A stretch of 64,000 nt of DNA. It comes from a virus. A model generated the notes under the pieces. That model was not told the origin of the DNA. It worked only from the letters and a program-made list of their open reading frames with translations, and searched no databases. The translations under genes and the position numbers were made by a program. Each line of letters starts with the position of its first letter. Within the stretch, counting starts at the first letter, position 1. Positions 31,902 through 40,895 of this stretch are shown here, piece by piece. The stretch lies in the IMG/VR virus record IMGVR_UViG_3300006793_000013. One strand, written 5' to 3'.

Positions 31902-32679
31902 TAACTATAAAAGATGTTTTACATTTGGTTGTAGTTTTACTAGATACAAATGGCCAACTTGGTCTGATATCATTAAACAAGAAATACCAGAAACTATAAA
32001 CTACGGAAAAGCCGGAGCAGGTAATCTTTATATTTCTAATCAACTAGTAGAAGCAAATTTAAGACATAATTTTAACAAAGATGATTTAGTTATTATTATG
32101 TGGAGTTCAGTTACACGTGAAGATAGATATAGGCACAAACATTGGATAACATCAGGAAATATTACAACACAAAATAATATCTCTGCTAAGTTTGTATACG
32201 ATTGGTTTGATTATAGATTTTATCTAATGAGAGATTTAGGACTTATAGAATTAACAAGACAATACATGAAGAACGGACTTGCTGATTTTCAAATGTGGAA
32301 CATGGCATCTTTTGAGATTAACGATATGATCTCAAATAATCTAAGTGACGAAATGAAAGATACTAACTATGATGATATAAAACAGTTGTATGCTTCAACA
32401 CTAGCAGCAATAAAACCAGACATACTTAGTACTGTGTTTAACGGTGTATGGCCACAAACACCAATACGCGGACACAACAGCACTGGACAGACTGCTGATT
32501 ATCATCCTACTCCTGCTCACTATTTAGAATACATTTCTAAATGCTTACCAAATCATAATATAACAGAAAAGATGAAACGATTTGTTGCACACACAAATCA
32601 AAAAGTATTAGAAGCAAAAGATTTTCAAGACCTAGAAAAGTGGTGGATAGAAAATGATAACACTCCAAGGAATTTATAA
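31888..32679 (+). CDS. SGNH/GDSL hydrolase-like protein (esterase or acyltransferase)
   Basis: FTFGCSFT (block I Ser), NYGKAGAGN (block II), DYHP (block V); TTG start with SD GGAG. Confidence 0.6.
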   Translation: MKQFNNYKRCFTFGCSFTRYKWPTWSDIIKQEIPETINYGKAGAGNLYISNQLVEANLRHNFNKDDLVIIMWSSVTREDRYRHKHWITSGNITTQNNISAKFVYDWFDYRFYLMRDLGLIELTRQYMKNGLADFQMWNMASFEINDMISNNLSDEMKDTNYDDIKQLYASTLAAIKPDILSTVFNGVWPQTPIRGHNSTGQTADYHPTPAHYLEYISKCLPNHNITEKMKRFVAHTNQKVLEAKDFQDLEKWWIENDNTPRNL

Positions 32680-33824
32680 TGGCCTGTTTAAACAACGACA
32701 ATTTACCATATCTTATAACTTACGATAATAACAATCCTCAGAAAGTTACTATAGCTACCAATCCTGCTGAACTAGGACGTATTAAATTAAAACAAGACTA
32801 TTATTTTATAATGTTTTCTGGGCCAAACAGTTTTGAACATTTTCCGTTAGATACTGTTTTAGATCATCACACTATTCTTAAATTGCAGTTTAAAAAGATA
32901 TTCTTGGTACTAGACAACTCGTTAGAATACTTTTACGAAAGTGTAGATGCAATTTATAAACACATAGTTAACAAATATAATATTCCAGCAAGTCAGATTG
33001 TGTTTTTATCTGGTGTACCTACTATGTACAAGTATACAGTAAAGTACTGTAAGAAAAACAATGCTGAAGAAATTAAAATTATGTGGTTTACTTTATTTGA
33101 AAATACTGGTAAAGACACAGTACAACAACGTAGTAGTTTTCCTACTATGGAAAAGAAACGCAAGTACTCTAAAAAATATCTTAATTTAAATAGACGCTGG
33201 CGCTTACATAGGCCGCTAATGGTTACATTACTTCATGATAGAGGTTTATTAGATGAAGGTTATGTTAGCCTTGCACCGTCGGACGATAATTTAAATTGGG
33301 AACATGTATGGCCACGACTAGAAGCAAATCACAAAGACCATAAAGAAATTTCTAAAGTTTTAAAACGCTCTGCTGACGTGCAGCAGTTGCCGCCGATGTA
33401 TCTTGATGAAGAAGACCTTGTTACTAATAGAGCAGAACATCAACGATCAATACACAAGTACTATCAAGAAACATATTTTAGTGTAATCAGTGAAACAACG
33501 TATTATGAAAACGTTCCATTTTTAAGTGAGAAGATATTTAAATGTATTGGAATGGGGCATCCTTATATAATGGTAGGCTCTCCAAATACATTGCAATATC
33601 TTAAAAAGTTAGGATATAGATCTTATCATCCTTATATAAATGAAGGATACGATAAAATTGAAGATCATGGAGATCGAGCAATAGCAATTGTAGATGAAAT
33701 TGAAAGATTGTGCAATTTGAAAGGTGCTGAATTTAGAGAATGGCATTCCAAAGTGAGAGAAATTGCACACTATAATTATAGGGTATTAACAGGGAGAAAC
33801 CACTTAGTAAAGCCTATAAATTAG
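32679..33824 (+). CDS. Putative glycosyltransferase (GT-B-like), paralog
   Basis: FSVISETTYYENVPFLSEKIFKCIGMGHPYI..LKKLGY. Confidence 0.5.
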   Translation: MACLNNDNLPYLITYDNNNPQKVTIATNPAELGRIKLKQDYYFIMFSGPNSFEHFPLDTVLDHHTILKLQFKKIFLVLDNSLEYFYESVDAIYKHIVNKYNIPASQIVFLSGVPTMYKYTVKYCKKNNAEEIKIMWFTLFENTGKDTVQQRSSFPTMEKKRKYSKKYLNLNRRWRLHRPLMVTLLHDRGLLDEGYVSLAPSDDNLNWEHVWPRLEANHKDHKEISKVLKRSADVQQLPPMYLDEEDLVTNRAEHQRSIHKYYQETYFSVISETTYYENVPFLSEKIFKCIGMGHPYIMVGSPNTLQYLKKLGYRSYHPYINEGYDKIEDHGDRAIAIVDEIERLCNLKGAEFREWHSKVREIAHYNYRVLTGRNHLVKPIN

Positions 33825-33829
33825 GTGTC

Positions 33830-33921
33830 TAAAACGCATTTTAAGCGTCATACAGCGTGGTTAACATGCATAAGCATTACTTGTGTATCAGTGTAAAAAG
33901 CCAGGCTTAAACAGCGTTTTA
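33830..33921. repeat. 17-bp imperfect inverted repeat (15/17) enclosing 58 nt
   Basis: TAAAACGCATTTTAAGC 33830-46 versus GCTTAAACAGCGTTTTA 33905-21. Confidence 0.8.
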
Positions 33922-33932
33922 ATGCCCAAAAG

Positions 33933-33938
33933 TAAATA
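33933..33938 (+). promoter_or_regulatory. Late-promoter-like TAAATA box upstream of ugd
   Basis: GTAAATAAC, followed by SD AAAGGA. Confidence 0.5.
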
Positions 33939-33966
33939 ACAGTAACTAATCAAAAGGACAGAATAG

Positions 33967-35145
33967 ATGAAAATTGGATTTATTGGACTTGGTAAATTGG
34001 GTATGCCTTGCGCAGAAGAGATTGCCAAAAAAGGACATGCAGTAATTGGATATGATGTAGATAAATCGTTAGATAGTGATTATGTTATAGTAGAAGATAC
34101 TATTAAAGACGTAGCATCAGAAGCAGATATTGTATTCGTTGCAGTGCCTACTCCACATGATCCAAACTATGACGGCAAAGCACCTACAGCACATTTAGAG
34201 CCTAAAGACTTTCAATACGATATTGTTATTGATTGTTTACAAGAAGCAAATAAGTATATGAATAAAAAACAAATGCTTGTTCTTATTAGTACAGTTTTAC
34301 CTGGCACAGTAAGGCGTGAGTTTGTACCTTTAATAACTAACACACGTTTTGTTTATAATCCTTATTTGATTGCTATGGGTACAGTTGCTTGGGATATGGT
34401 CAATCCTGAAATGGTTATGATTGGTACAGAAGATGGTACTGAAACCGGCGATGCTAAAGAGCTTAGAGATTTTTATGATACATGCATGGAGAACGATCCA
34501 AGATATGTAATTGGTACTTGGGACGAATGCGAATGTATCAAAGTATTCTATAATACATTTATTAGCACAAAGATTGGACTTGTAAATATGATACAAGACG
34601 TTGCTGAAAAGCAAGGTAATATAAACGTTGATGTAGTTACTACAGCACTTGCAGAAAGTACACAACGTATCATGGGGCCAAGTTACATGAAAGCAGGAAT
34701 GGGAGATGGTGGCAGTTGTCACCCAAGAGATAATATTGCACTTAGGTACATGGCAAAGAAACTAGATCTTGGTTATGATATTTTTGATGCAGTAATGAAT
34801 GCTAGAGAAGTTCAAGCGCAAAATGTTGCACAAAAACTTTGTGATATTGCAAAAGAAAAAGAACTTCCTATTCTTATTAATGGTATTGCTTACAAACCAG
34901 GTGTGCCTTATATAGATGGAAGTTATGCTTTACTAGTTGCACAGTATTGTACAGAGTACGGCTTTAATCCTATGCAAGTTGATCCGTTAGTATATGGTTC
35001 TGATCCAGGACCTTTTAGAGCATGTGTTCTTTTATCTCATCCAGAGCTTTATGTAGAACTATCAGACGACTCCGTTGTAGTTGATCCTTGGCGTTCTTAC
35101 ACTTCAGATAAACACGAAGTTATTCATTACGGAAATACAAGATAA
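33967..35145 (+). CDS. ugd: UDP-glucose/GDP-mannose 6-dehydrogenase
   Basis: Rossmann GFIGLGKLG; VFVAVPTP; STVLPGT; YNPY; K..YNTF; catalytic GMGDGGSCHPRD. Confidence 0.9.
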   Translation: MKIGFIGLGKLGMPCAEEIAKKGHAVIGYDVDKSLDSDYVIVEDTIKDVASEADIVFVAVPTPHDPNYDGKAPTAHLEPKDFQYDIVIDCLQEANKYMNKKQMLVLISTVLPGTVRREFVPLITNTRFVYNPYLIAMGTVAWDMVNPEMVMIGTEDGTETGDAKELRDFYDTCMENDPRYVIGTWDECECIKVFYNTFISTKIGLVNMIQDVAEKQGNINVDVVTTALAESTQRIMGPSYMKAGMGDGGSCHPRDNIALRYMAKKLDLGYDIFDAVMNAREVQAQNVAQKLCDIAKEKELPILINGIAYKPGVPYIDGSYALLVAQYCTEYGFNPMQVDPLVYGSDPGPFRACVLLSHPELYVELSDDSVVVDPWRSYTSDKHEVIHYGNTR

Positions 35146-35176
35146 AAAAAGAGAGTTAGTATTTCTACTAACTCCC
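35144..35176 (-). terminator. Rho-independent terminator at convergence of the two arms
   Basis: Minus strand GGGAGTTAGTA-GAAA-TACTAACTCTC-T7. Confidence 0.85.
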
Positions 35177-35189
35177 TAAGTGTGAGAAA

Positions 35190-35498
35190 CTACAATATCT
35201 GATCTGTTCGATCTTTTATTTCTTTCTTTAGAAGATCAACATTGATTTTAAAGTCTACTTTCTTAATAGTATCTTTATATTCATTCATAGTCTGTAACAT
35301 TTTTTTTGCTACACTATCTGGATCATCTGCCTGAAGATGTTCCTTAACATCAATCTCCCAAACTCTACCGTCACTAAATTCTAAAATCATTGCATCTAAA
35401 TATGCAACAGGCATAGTATTCATGTAGAGGTCGTCAAAAACCTCCGGCCATTCTTTAACCAGATGTTTTGGTGGTTTAAAATAATGCTTACTAGGCAC
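35190..35498 (-). CDS. Hypothetical protein
   Basis: GTG start at 35498 overlapping upstream stop; ORF track frame. Confidence 0.6.
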   Translation of the reverse strand: MPSKHYFKPPKHLVKEWPEVFDDLYMNTMPVAYLDAMILEFSDGRVWEIDVKEHLQADDPDSVAKKMLQTMNEYKDTIKKVDFKINVDLLKKEIKDRTDQIL

Positions 35499-36114
35499 TC
35501 TCTGACACTTTTGCTTTAGTAGACTTCTTCGTAGGAACAAGTTCTTCAGCTTGGCGTCTTAGTTGTGCTGCTTCTTTACTTAATCTATCTGCTTGTGAGC
35601 GATAAGACTTAGCAAGATCATCGTCACTTAACACACCGTTGTCTTGTGGTGCAACTGCTTCAGTAACAGGCTGTGCTGGTGCTTCTGCACCTGGATTCGC
35701 AGCAGTTTCTTCTGGTGCGCCACTTACAAACTTGTGTAGCTCGTCAATGCTAACACCCTTCTGTTCAGCAATTAAAGCGTTAAGTTCGCTTAATTGAATT
35801 ACTGATGAAGATGTAGGTGTCATAGTTACGTTTGATGTGTCAACTTTAATAAGTCTATTATCAGCCTGCATTGATTGTAACATTGGTCTTCCGTCTGGAA
35901 AAGAATTTCTAAACATAAACTCACCAAGTTCATATGCTTCTTGAGCTTGATCTGTTTCGATTAGTTTCATTAAACTGTCATGATAGATATCAGGTAATGT
36001 TGCAGTTTGTAGTACCAATGCCTGATTTGATTCACCTGGAATAGTTCTGAATACTACAACTACAGCATCGCCAGTGTTGGTCATTTTACCAACGTGCTTC
36101 ATTTCTTTAGCCAT
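35491..36114 (-). CDS. Hypothetical protein
   Basis: Start MAKEMKHVGK at 36114 with SD; Ala/Pro-rich linker and coiled-coil C-terminus. Confidence 0.7.
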   Translation of the reverse strand: MAKEMKHVGKMTNTGDAVVVVFRTIPGESNQALVLQTATLPDIYHDSLMKLIETDQAQEAYELGEFMFRNSFPDGRPMLQSMQADNRLIKVDTSNVTMTPTSSSVIQLSELNALIAEQKGVSIDELHKFVSGAPEETAANPGAEAPAQPVTEAVAPQDNGVLSDDDLAKSYRSQADRLSKEAAQLRRQAEELVPTKKSTKAKVSESA

Positions 36115-36424
36115 TGTTAATTCCCCCTTCAGGTGCTCCTGGTGCAGCAGCCTGTTGTTGTTTAACAACATGATCTAAAAATGCTGTTAGTTTGTTAAAT
36201 GCTTTACCAACTGCTTCTAATTCAGTTGCTTTAAATGCACCTCTTTGTGTAGCAACTTCAATAATGCTTTTTACTGCATTAAGGTCGCTAATGTTAAGAT
36301 CTGGTGCTGCTGGTTCCCCAGCTTCTTGTGCAGGTGCGTTTTGATCTACACCTGGTGTAGGAACAGGACCACTTGTTGGTGCTGCTTCTGTTGCCGTTTC
36401 CGGCGTTTTATTTTCTTCAGCCAT
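36107..36424 (-). CDS. Hypothetical protein
   Basis: Ala/Pro-rich N-terminus then helical core SIIEVATQRGAFKATEL; SD AGGAG. Confidence 0.7.
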   Translation of the reverse strand: MAEENKTPETATEAAPTSGPVPTPGVDQNAPAQEAGEPAAPDLNISDLNAVKSIIEVATQRGAFKATELEAVGKAFNKLTAFLDHVVKQQQAAAPGAPEGGINNG

Positions 36425-36425
36425 T

Positions 36426-36695
36426 CTAGTTTCTCCTTAAGTATGGACAAGCTAACATAAAGTATGTTAGTTCTTTCTCTTCTTCAAACCCTACAAATGT
36501 AACAGATTTGAATTTATTTTCTTTAGCAGCCGGATATGTATTAATACAATACCTACCACTAGTATTAGTCTTAACCCACTCAGATAATCTACGATCAACA
36601 CGATCTGAATCCGATACCTGCATCTTTGCAAAATGCGGAGGCATAGTTTTAAGTTCTCTTGAACGCAGTACTTCTAATGGATTAAGTTCTATCAT
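36426..36695 (-). CDS. Hypothetical protein
   Basis: ATG 36695 lies 6 nt after TAAATA box 36702-07. Confidence 0.6.
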   Translation of the reverse strand: MIELNPLEVLRSRELKTMPPHFAKMQVSDSDRVDRRLSEWVKTNTSGRYCINTYPAAKENKFKSVTFVGFEEEKELTYFMLACPYLRRN

Positions 36696-36729
36696 CACTA
36701 ATATTTATTATATGCTATGTTAATGAATG

Positions 36730-37128
36730 TTATTCTTGGTCCGCGGTTTCTTCAGATAATCGTTTGGACAATGCTTTATTATAGCCCATTTTACTGATAT
36801 CCCCACTAAACAAATACAATTCAAAAGCAGACCTTTCTTTAAGTACAGTTATTGATTTCTTAGTTATATAATACGGTGATTCGATAAAATTGTCAAGCCA
36901 TAAAAGCACTTTAGGTGTTATTTTAAATTGTTTTGGAAAATCTACTTTATAGGTTTTAATCTTTGCTATCTGTTCTATGTGGACTATTGCTTCTTCCGTT
37001 AGACGTAGCCCGCCAACATCACGAATGTTATACCACCATAATGTTCTCTTATTCTTTATGTCGGGAGTGTCAAAAGGCTGATCAGCGGCTTTCAGAAATA
37101 CTTTTGTATAGTTGTCCTTTTGATCCAT
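36730..37128 (-). CDS. Hypothetical protein
   Basis: 132 aa ORF in co-oriented run. Confidence 0.65.
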   Translation of the reverse strand: MDQKDNYTKVFLKAADQPFDTPDIKNKRTLWWYNIRDVGGLRLTEEAIVHIEQIAKIKTYKVDFPKQFKITPKVLLWLDNFIESPYYITKKSITVLKERSAFELYLFSGDISKMGYNKALSKRLSEETADQE

Positions 37129-37134
37129 GTGTCA

Positions 37135-37419
37135 TTACTCTTCTTTCGCTCCAGAAGTTAGTGTGTATACCGCAAAGTCCTTTACTTGGAAAAGTGTGTT
37201 TAGTTTTTTTGCTAGGTTCCTAGCATGGCCAGGATTAGAAAACGATACTTTTTTATACTTCGGTCCAGGATAGCTCGATACCATACTTCCGCTTTTTAAG
37301 TTAAACGGCTTTCCTTTATAGAAGACCGCCCAAATTGCTTCGCTCTCTAATATTTGTTCTGTCTTATATGATTCTCGATTCACATGTTCGAGAAGCACTG
37401 TTGGTTTTGGTCTACTCAT
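37135..37419 (-). CDS. Hypothetical protein
   Basis: 94 aa ORF; SD AAGGA; TAAATA box at 37451-56. Confidence 0.65.
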   Translation of the reverse strand: MSRPKPTVLLEHVNRESYKTEQILESEAIWAVFYKGKPFNLKSGSMVSSYPGPKYKKVSFSNPGHARNLAKKLNTLFQVKDFAVYTLTSGAKEE

Positions 37420-37456
37420 TATACGTAATCCTTTTAATTAACTACGTATATATTTA
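37420..37456 (-). promoter_or_regulatory. TAAATA box plus 8-bp RBS-enclosing hairpin
   Basis: TATACGTA 37420-27 / TACGTATA 37443-50 perfect inverted repeat with SD in loop, ATG immediately after. Confidence 0.55.
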
Positions 37457-37463
37457 TCCTTTT

Positions 37464-37712
37464 TTAGAACTGTCCGCCTTCAAATTTCACTTCAACTTGT
37501 TCGCTATTCTGCTTGATCTGCTTTAATTGCTCATCTATAGACGCTACAACAGTACCTAATTTAGATGTAAACATAGATAGCTCAATTGCTAGTGATCGTG
37601 CTTCTTGTATGCTTATTCTAACGTCTGATTGCTGTGATTTCTCTGCAACTGCAATTCGTTGTAGTATTTTTTCAATGGTAGGAAGTGACTGCGGAAGGCT
37701 ATTTGTTGACAT
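37464..37712 (-). CDS. Hypothetical coiled-coil protein
   Basis: 82 aa ORF. Confidence 0.6.
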   Translation of the reverse strand: MSTNSLPQSLPTIEKILQRIAVAEKSQQSDVRISIQEARSLAIELSMFTSKLGTVVASIDEQLKQIKQNSEQVEVKFEGGQF

Positions 37713-38175
37713 TAGATAGTACCTGTTTCATCTCTAAATCAGTCTTAAATGGCCCTTTATACGCATACCGTTGTAGTGTAATGAGCTTCGGACAGAACGA
37801 TTTAACCCATCCTTTATCGAATTTAATAACATAATACCCTGAACAATACAAGCTCTTTGAGTCTTTGCTCTTTGTAAATAAAGGTAAACGCTTCTGTATA
37901 TCGTACATAGAGTTGTGTGGTTTAGTACTACACTTAAAGCCATGTACTTCTTTAGGATCAGAATCATCTGCTTCTTTTACAATTTTAGCAACAAAAAAGT
38001 CTTTTCCATAGTCACTTAAGATACTTTTCTTATTATGATAAAACTTAACACCGTTTTCATTACTAAAGACAAACTTATCTTCGTTCTTTCTTAGCGTACC
38101 AATTTTTTGGCCTTGTTCTTCAACAATCCAAAATTTATCTTCTAAAACAGGTTTTGCTTTAAATTCTGTTGTCAT
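37699..38175 (-). CDS. Hypothetical protein
   Basis: 158 aa ORF, ATGA-coupled to rnh. Confidence 0.65.
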   Translation of the reverse strand: MTTEFKAKPVLEDKFWIVEEQGQKIGTLRKNEDKFVFSNENGVKFYHNKKSILSDYGKDFFVAKIVKEADDSDPKEVHGFKCSTKPHNSMYDIQKRLPLFTKSKDSKSLYCSGYYVIKFDKGWVKSFCPKLITLQRYAYKGPFKTDLEMKQVLSNVNK

Positions 38176-39158
38176 ACTGTGTACCTCGCATTTAATGGTT
38201 CAGCGTATGCTTGTGCTTGATCTGATATTTTCTTTAAGTCGTATAAATTACAGAATTTCATAAGTCTTACACCAACCTGGCTAATATTTTTATCTGCATC
38301 AATTGACTCTTGAATAGTACCTGTAATTTTATCTTTTACATCTTCAGGCTGTGCAGTAAGATCAATTAATGTAACGTTACGTTGATAGTCATCTAGTACA
38401 CGATGTTCTTCACCGTTATGATCTACCCAACGTTGTAGCATCAAGTTATTCCAGTTATAGCCTTTAAGGTCTTTATCCTCAAATGCTTCTAGTAAACCAA
38501 CTTTATTTCTTGTGCCTTTTTTACGTACACCTGGATAAGCACTAAACACATTGTCACTAGTGTCACCACGCATACATTTCTCAAACAACAACCATTGCGG
38601 ATCTGGAACAGTCTTAGGCTCCTTAGTCTTTTTATCAATAACATGATTGCCCTTCTTATCAAAGTAACCTTCATGTGTAGTTGTTACTTCTTGTACACCA
38701 TTGTATAGTTTTACATTAGGTGCAATTAGTTGCTGAAAGTCTGTGTCTGTAGAAACAACAACATGATCTACATCTGGGTGTTGTTGTATCCAACCAGCAA
38801 TTAAGTCATCTGCTTCTAATTCTTTATGTTGTAATACAGTACAGTTAGTTTTTTCACTTACAAAGTCTTTAAATGTATCAAATGCTTCCCAAAAGATAGT
38901 ATCTTCTTCTTGCTGTTTTTCTGTAAGTGCATCACGAGCAACTTGCCTGTTACGCTTGTAAGGCTCATAATGGTCCTTACGCCAACTACGACCTTCTAAG
39001 CAGAATACAACATGTGTGCCATCAAAGTCTTGCCATGCCTTCTTAATGCTGTTAAGTGTAATATGGAAAGCCATACCCAACTTAATATCAGCATCACCGT
39101 TAATTACATGTCTTGCACGGAAGAATGTATTTGCTGTATCTACTAGAATGTGTGTCAT
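38172..39158 (-). CDS. rnh: T4-type RNase H / 5'-3' flap exonuclease
   Basis: LVDTANTFFRA, EADDLIA, STDTDFQQL, GDTSDNVFSAYPGV motifs of 5' nuclease family. Confidence 0.88.
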   Translation of the reverse strand: MTHILVDTANTFFRARHVINGDADIKLGMAFHITLNSIKKAWQDFDGTHVVFCLEGRSWRKDHYEPYKRNRQVARDALTEKQQEEDTIFWEAFDTFKDFVSEKTNCTVLQHKELEADDLIAGWIQQHPDVDHVVVSTDTDFQQLIAPNVKLYNGVQEVTTTHEGYFDKKGNHVIDKKTKEPKTVPDPQWLLFEKCMRGDTSDNVFSAYPGVRKKGTRNKVGLLEAFEDKDLKGYNWNNLMLQRWVDHNGEEHRVLDDYQRNVTLIDLTAQPEDVKDKITGTIQESIDADKNISQVGVRLMKFCNLYDLKKISDQAQAYAEPLNARYTV

Positions 39159-39538
39159 TATTTGTTATCTCTTTTTACTGTTTCAATATCTATATTGCCT
39201 GTTGCCATGCCTTCTAATGGACCGCCGTAGTCACCATCAACAACAACATTAGCGCAAAGCTCACGGAACCAACGATCAATAATTTCTTCTTCTTTATCAT
39301 TCTCAACTCCGTATCCTTCTTTAACTAATTGTAACACGAAATGCCTATTCCAGTCAAGCTCAAAAAAGCCATTTCGGACATTTTCTTTGTTAACGTGTGT
39401 TTGTATAACACCTACCCACGGTTCTTTCTTCTTAGTCGCAAGTTCTTTTGGACTAAGTTGTTTATTCTTTTCTTGTTCTTTGGCTTCGTTAACTTCTTTA
39501 ATTTTATCTAAGCCAAGCATTTTTGTTAAAAATGACAT
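39158..39538 (-). CDS. Hypothetical protein
   Basis: 126 aa ORF with SD AGGAG. Confidence 0.65.
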   Translation of the reverse strand: MSFLTKMLGLDKIKEVNEAKEQEKNKQLSPKELATKKKEPWVGVIQTHVNKENVRNGFFELDWNRHFVLQLVKEGYGVENDKEEEIIDRWFRELCANVVVDGDYGGPLEGMATGNIDIETVKRDNK

Positions 39539-39546
39539 ATATTCTC

Positions 39547-40488
39547 CTAGGTTCCTATTGCATTACCAAACAAGTATACGTGTACCCTTGCGGCTACATT
39601 ATATCCTCTTTGAAATGCTTTTTGTGCAACTGCACCTGCACCTGCTGTTTGTTCTTCTTCTCTTGCACCTGTTGGCATAATCCATACTGGCCAATCAACA
39701 CCAACACTTCTAAATTTTTCAACTGCTTCTTCCATTTCATCCCACTCACGCTGTTTCGGACCTACAACAAATTTAAGTTGTCCTTTTGTAGATGCCTGTA
39801 AATATTCAGCAACAAGTTCGGGCTTGATAGCCTTTTCAGGTTTCTCACCTGATACAGTAAATAGTTTAGGACTACAACTGAAAAATATTTCTGTGTCAAT
39901 ACTCTTAGCCCATTCTAAAAATGGTTCTCTAAGTTTTTGTGTACCGTTAGTTTCAAATGTCATGCTACCAGGCAAATTGCCTTGTCTTTTTAATTCGTTA
40001 TATATACCTACCACTGCTTGTTGTCCTGTAACCATCAAAGGTTCGCCACCTGTAAAACACAAGTGTTGATGTTGTTTACTTACAGGATGTAAAAACTTAC
40101 CTTCTGGATTGCTATCATTCTTTATGCAGTCGACAATCTTATTTGCCATAGCAGTAGGAGTTTCTTGACCCATTAGTTTCTTAAACTTCTTAGCCCAAGT
40201 GTAACTACTATCACACCCTTTTTCCCATACAGGCAAGTCCTCAACACGTTTTACACTATCAACATCAAAGTCCTCAAACGGCAATTCATATGTATCTGGA
40301 TTAGTTGGATCTAATTGTCCAAACCCATTACATTGTAAATTGCACAAGAAGAATCTAATCCAAGCAGTCGGAACTCCTGTGTAATGTCCTTCTCCTTGAA
40401 TACTATAAAATATTTCAGAATAGTAAAACTTTTTTTCTATTGTTTTACTAAAGTCGTGTTGTTCGAGTGTCTGTATTTTATCGTTCAT
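39547..40488 (-). CDS. queE: 7-carboxy-7-deazaguanine synthase (QueE-type radical SAM)
   Basis: YSEIFYSIQGEG..TGVP..IRFFLCNLQC...GCDSSY, FTGGEP, FETNGT, SPK; start re-assigned to 40488 from promoter geometry. Confidence 0.85.
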   Translation of the reverse strand: MNDKIQTLEQHDFSKTIEKKFYYSEIFYSIQGEGHYTGVPTAWIRFFLCNLQCNGFGQLDPTNPDTYELPFEDFDVDSVKRVEDLPVWEKGCDSSYTWAKKFKKLMGQETPTAMANKIVDCIKNDSNPEGKFLHPVSKQHQHLCFTGGEPLMVTGQQAVVGIYNELKRQGNLPGSMTFETNGTQKLREPFLEWAKSIDTEIFFSCSPKLFTVSGEKPEKAIKPELVAEYLQASTKGQLKFVVGPKQREWDEMEEAVEKFRSVGVDWPVWIMPTGAREEEQTAGAGAVAQKAFQRGYNVAARVHVYLFGNAIGT

Positions 40489-40494
40489 AGTACT

Positions 40495-40524
40495 ATTATA
40501 CCTTCTTTCCACCAGGTTTGTCAA
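40495..40524 (-). promoter_or_regulatory. Sigma70-type promoter TTGACA-N18-TATAAT for queE
   Basis: -35 at 40519-24, -10 at 40495-500; ATG follows after 6 nt. Confidence 0.8.
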
Positions 40525-40678
40525 CCTTTTTAATAGTGTAAGATTGGCCAGGCATATGCTCCTCCCAAACGAGGTCATCTCCAATATCCCAACCCATTTG
40601 GTTAAGAAGATCCGTTGGTAGAGGTAAGATTAACTCTTTTGTGTCCGGATCTTCTTCAAGTTTAATTTGCCAACCCAT
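40496..40678 (-). CDS. AbrB/MazE-like small protein
   Basis: LILPLPTDLLNQMGWDIGDDLVW pattern of looped-hinge DNA-binding fold. Confidence 0.5.
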   Translation of the reverse strand: MGWQIKLEEDPDTKELILPLPTDLLNQMGWDIGDDLVWEEHMPGQSYTIKKVDKPGGKKV

Positions 40679-40679
40679 G

Positions 40680-40886
40680 TTAGCTAAAATGCTTGTCTAG
40701 CATTTCAAGTCTATCAGTTGCAGCAGCCATTTTATCCAATTCTTTTTGGATAGTTTCAACAATATCAGAATGTTCTCCAATACCGACTACCTGCTGCATA
40801 TAGACTTCAATATTTGCTTTGTGCACCGCAATGTCTGCTTCTGCATGTTTACGAGCTGCACTAATTAAAGTTTCTCTCAATGTCAT
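40680..40886 (-). CDS. Hypothetical helical protein
   Basis: 68 aa ORF with SD AAGG. Confidence 0.65.
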   Translation of the reverse strand: MTLRETLISAARKHAEADIAVHKANIEVYMQQVVGIGEHSDIVETIQKELDKMAAATDRLEMLDKHFS

Positions 40887-40895
40887 AACCTTTCC

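Noticed and set aside
36868-36896. Possible promoter TTGACA-N17-TATTAT inside ORF 36730..37128
   Set aside because: Intragenic, imperfect -10 in AT-rich DNA; insufficient support
39547-40584. Longer 345 aa queE start from the ORF track
   Set aside because: Extension overlaps the AbrB-like gene in another frame and lies upstream of the queE promoter
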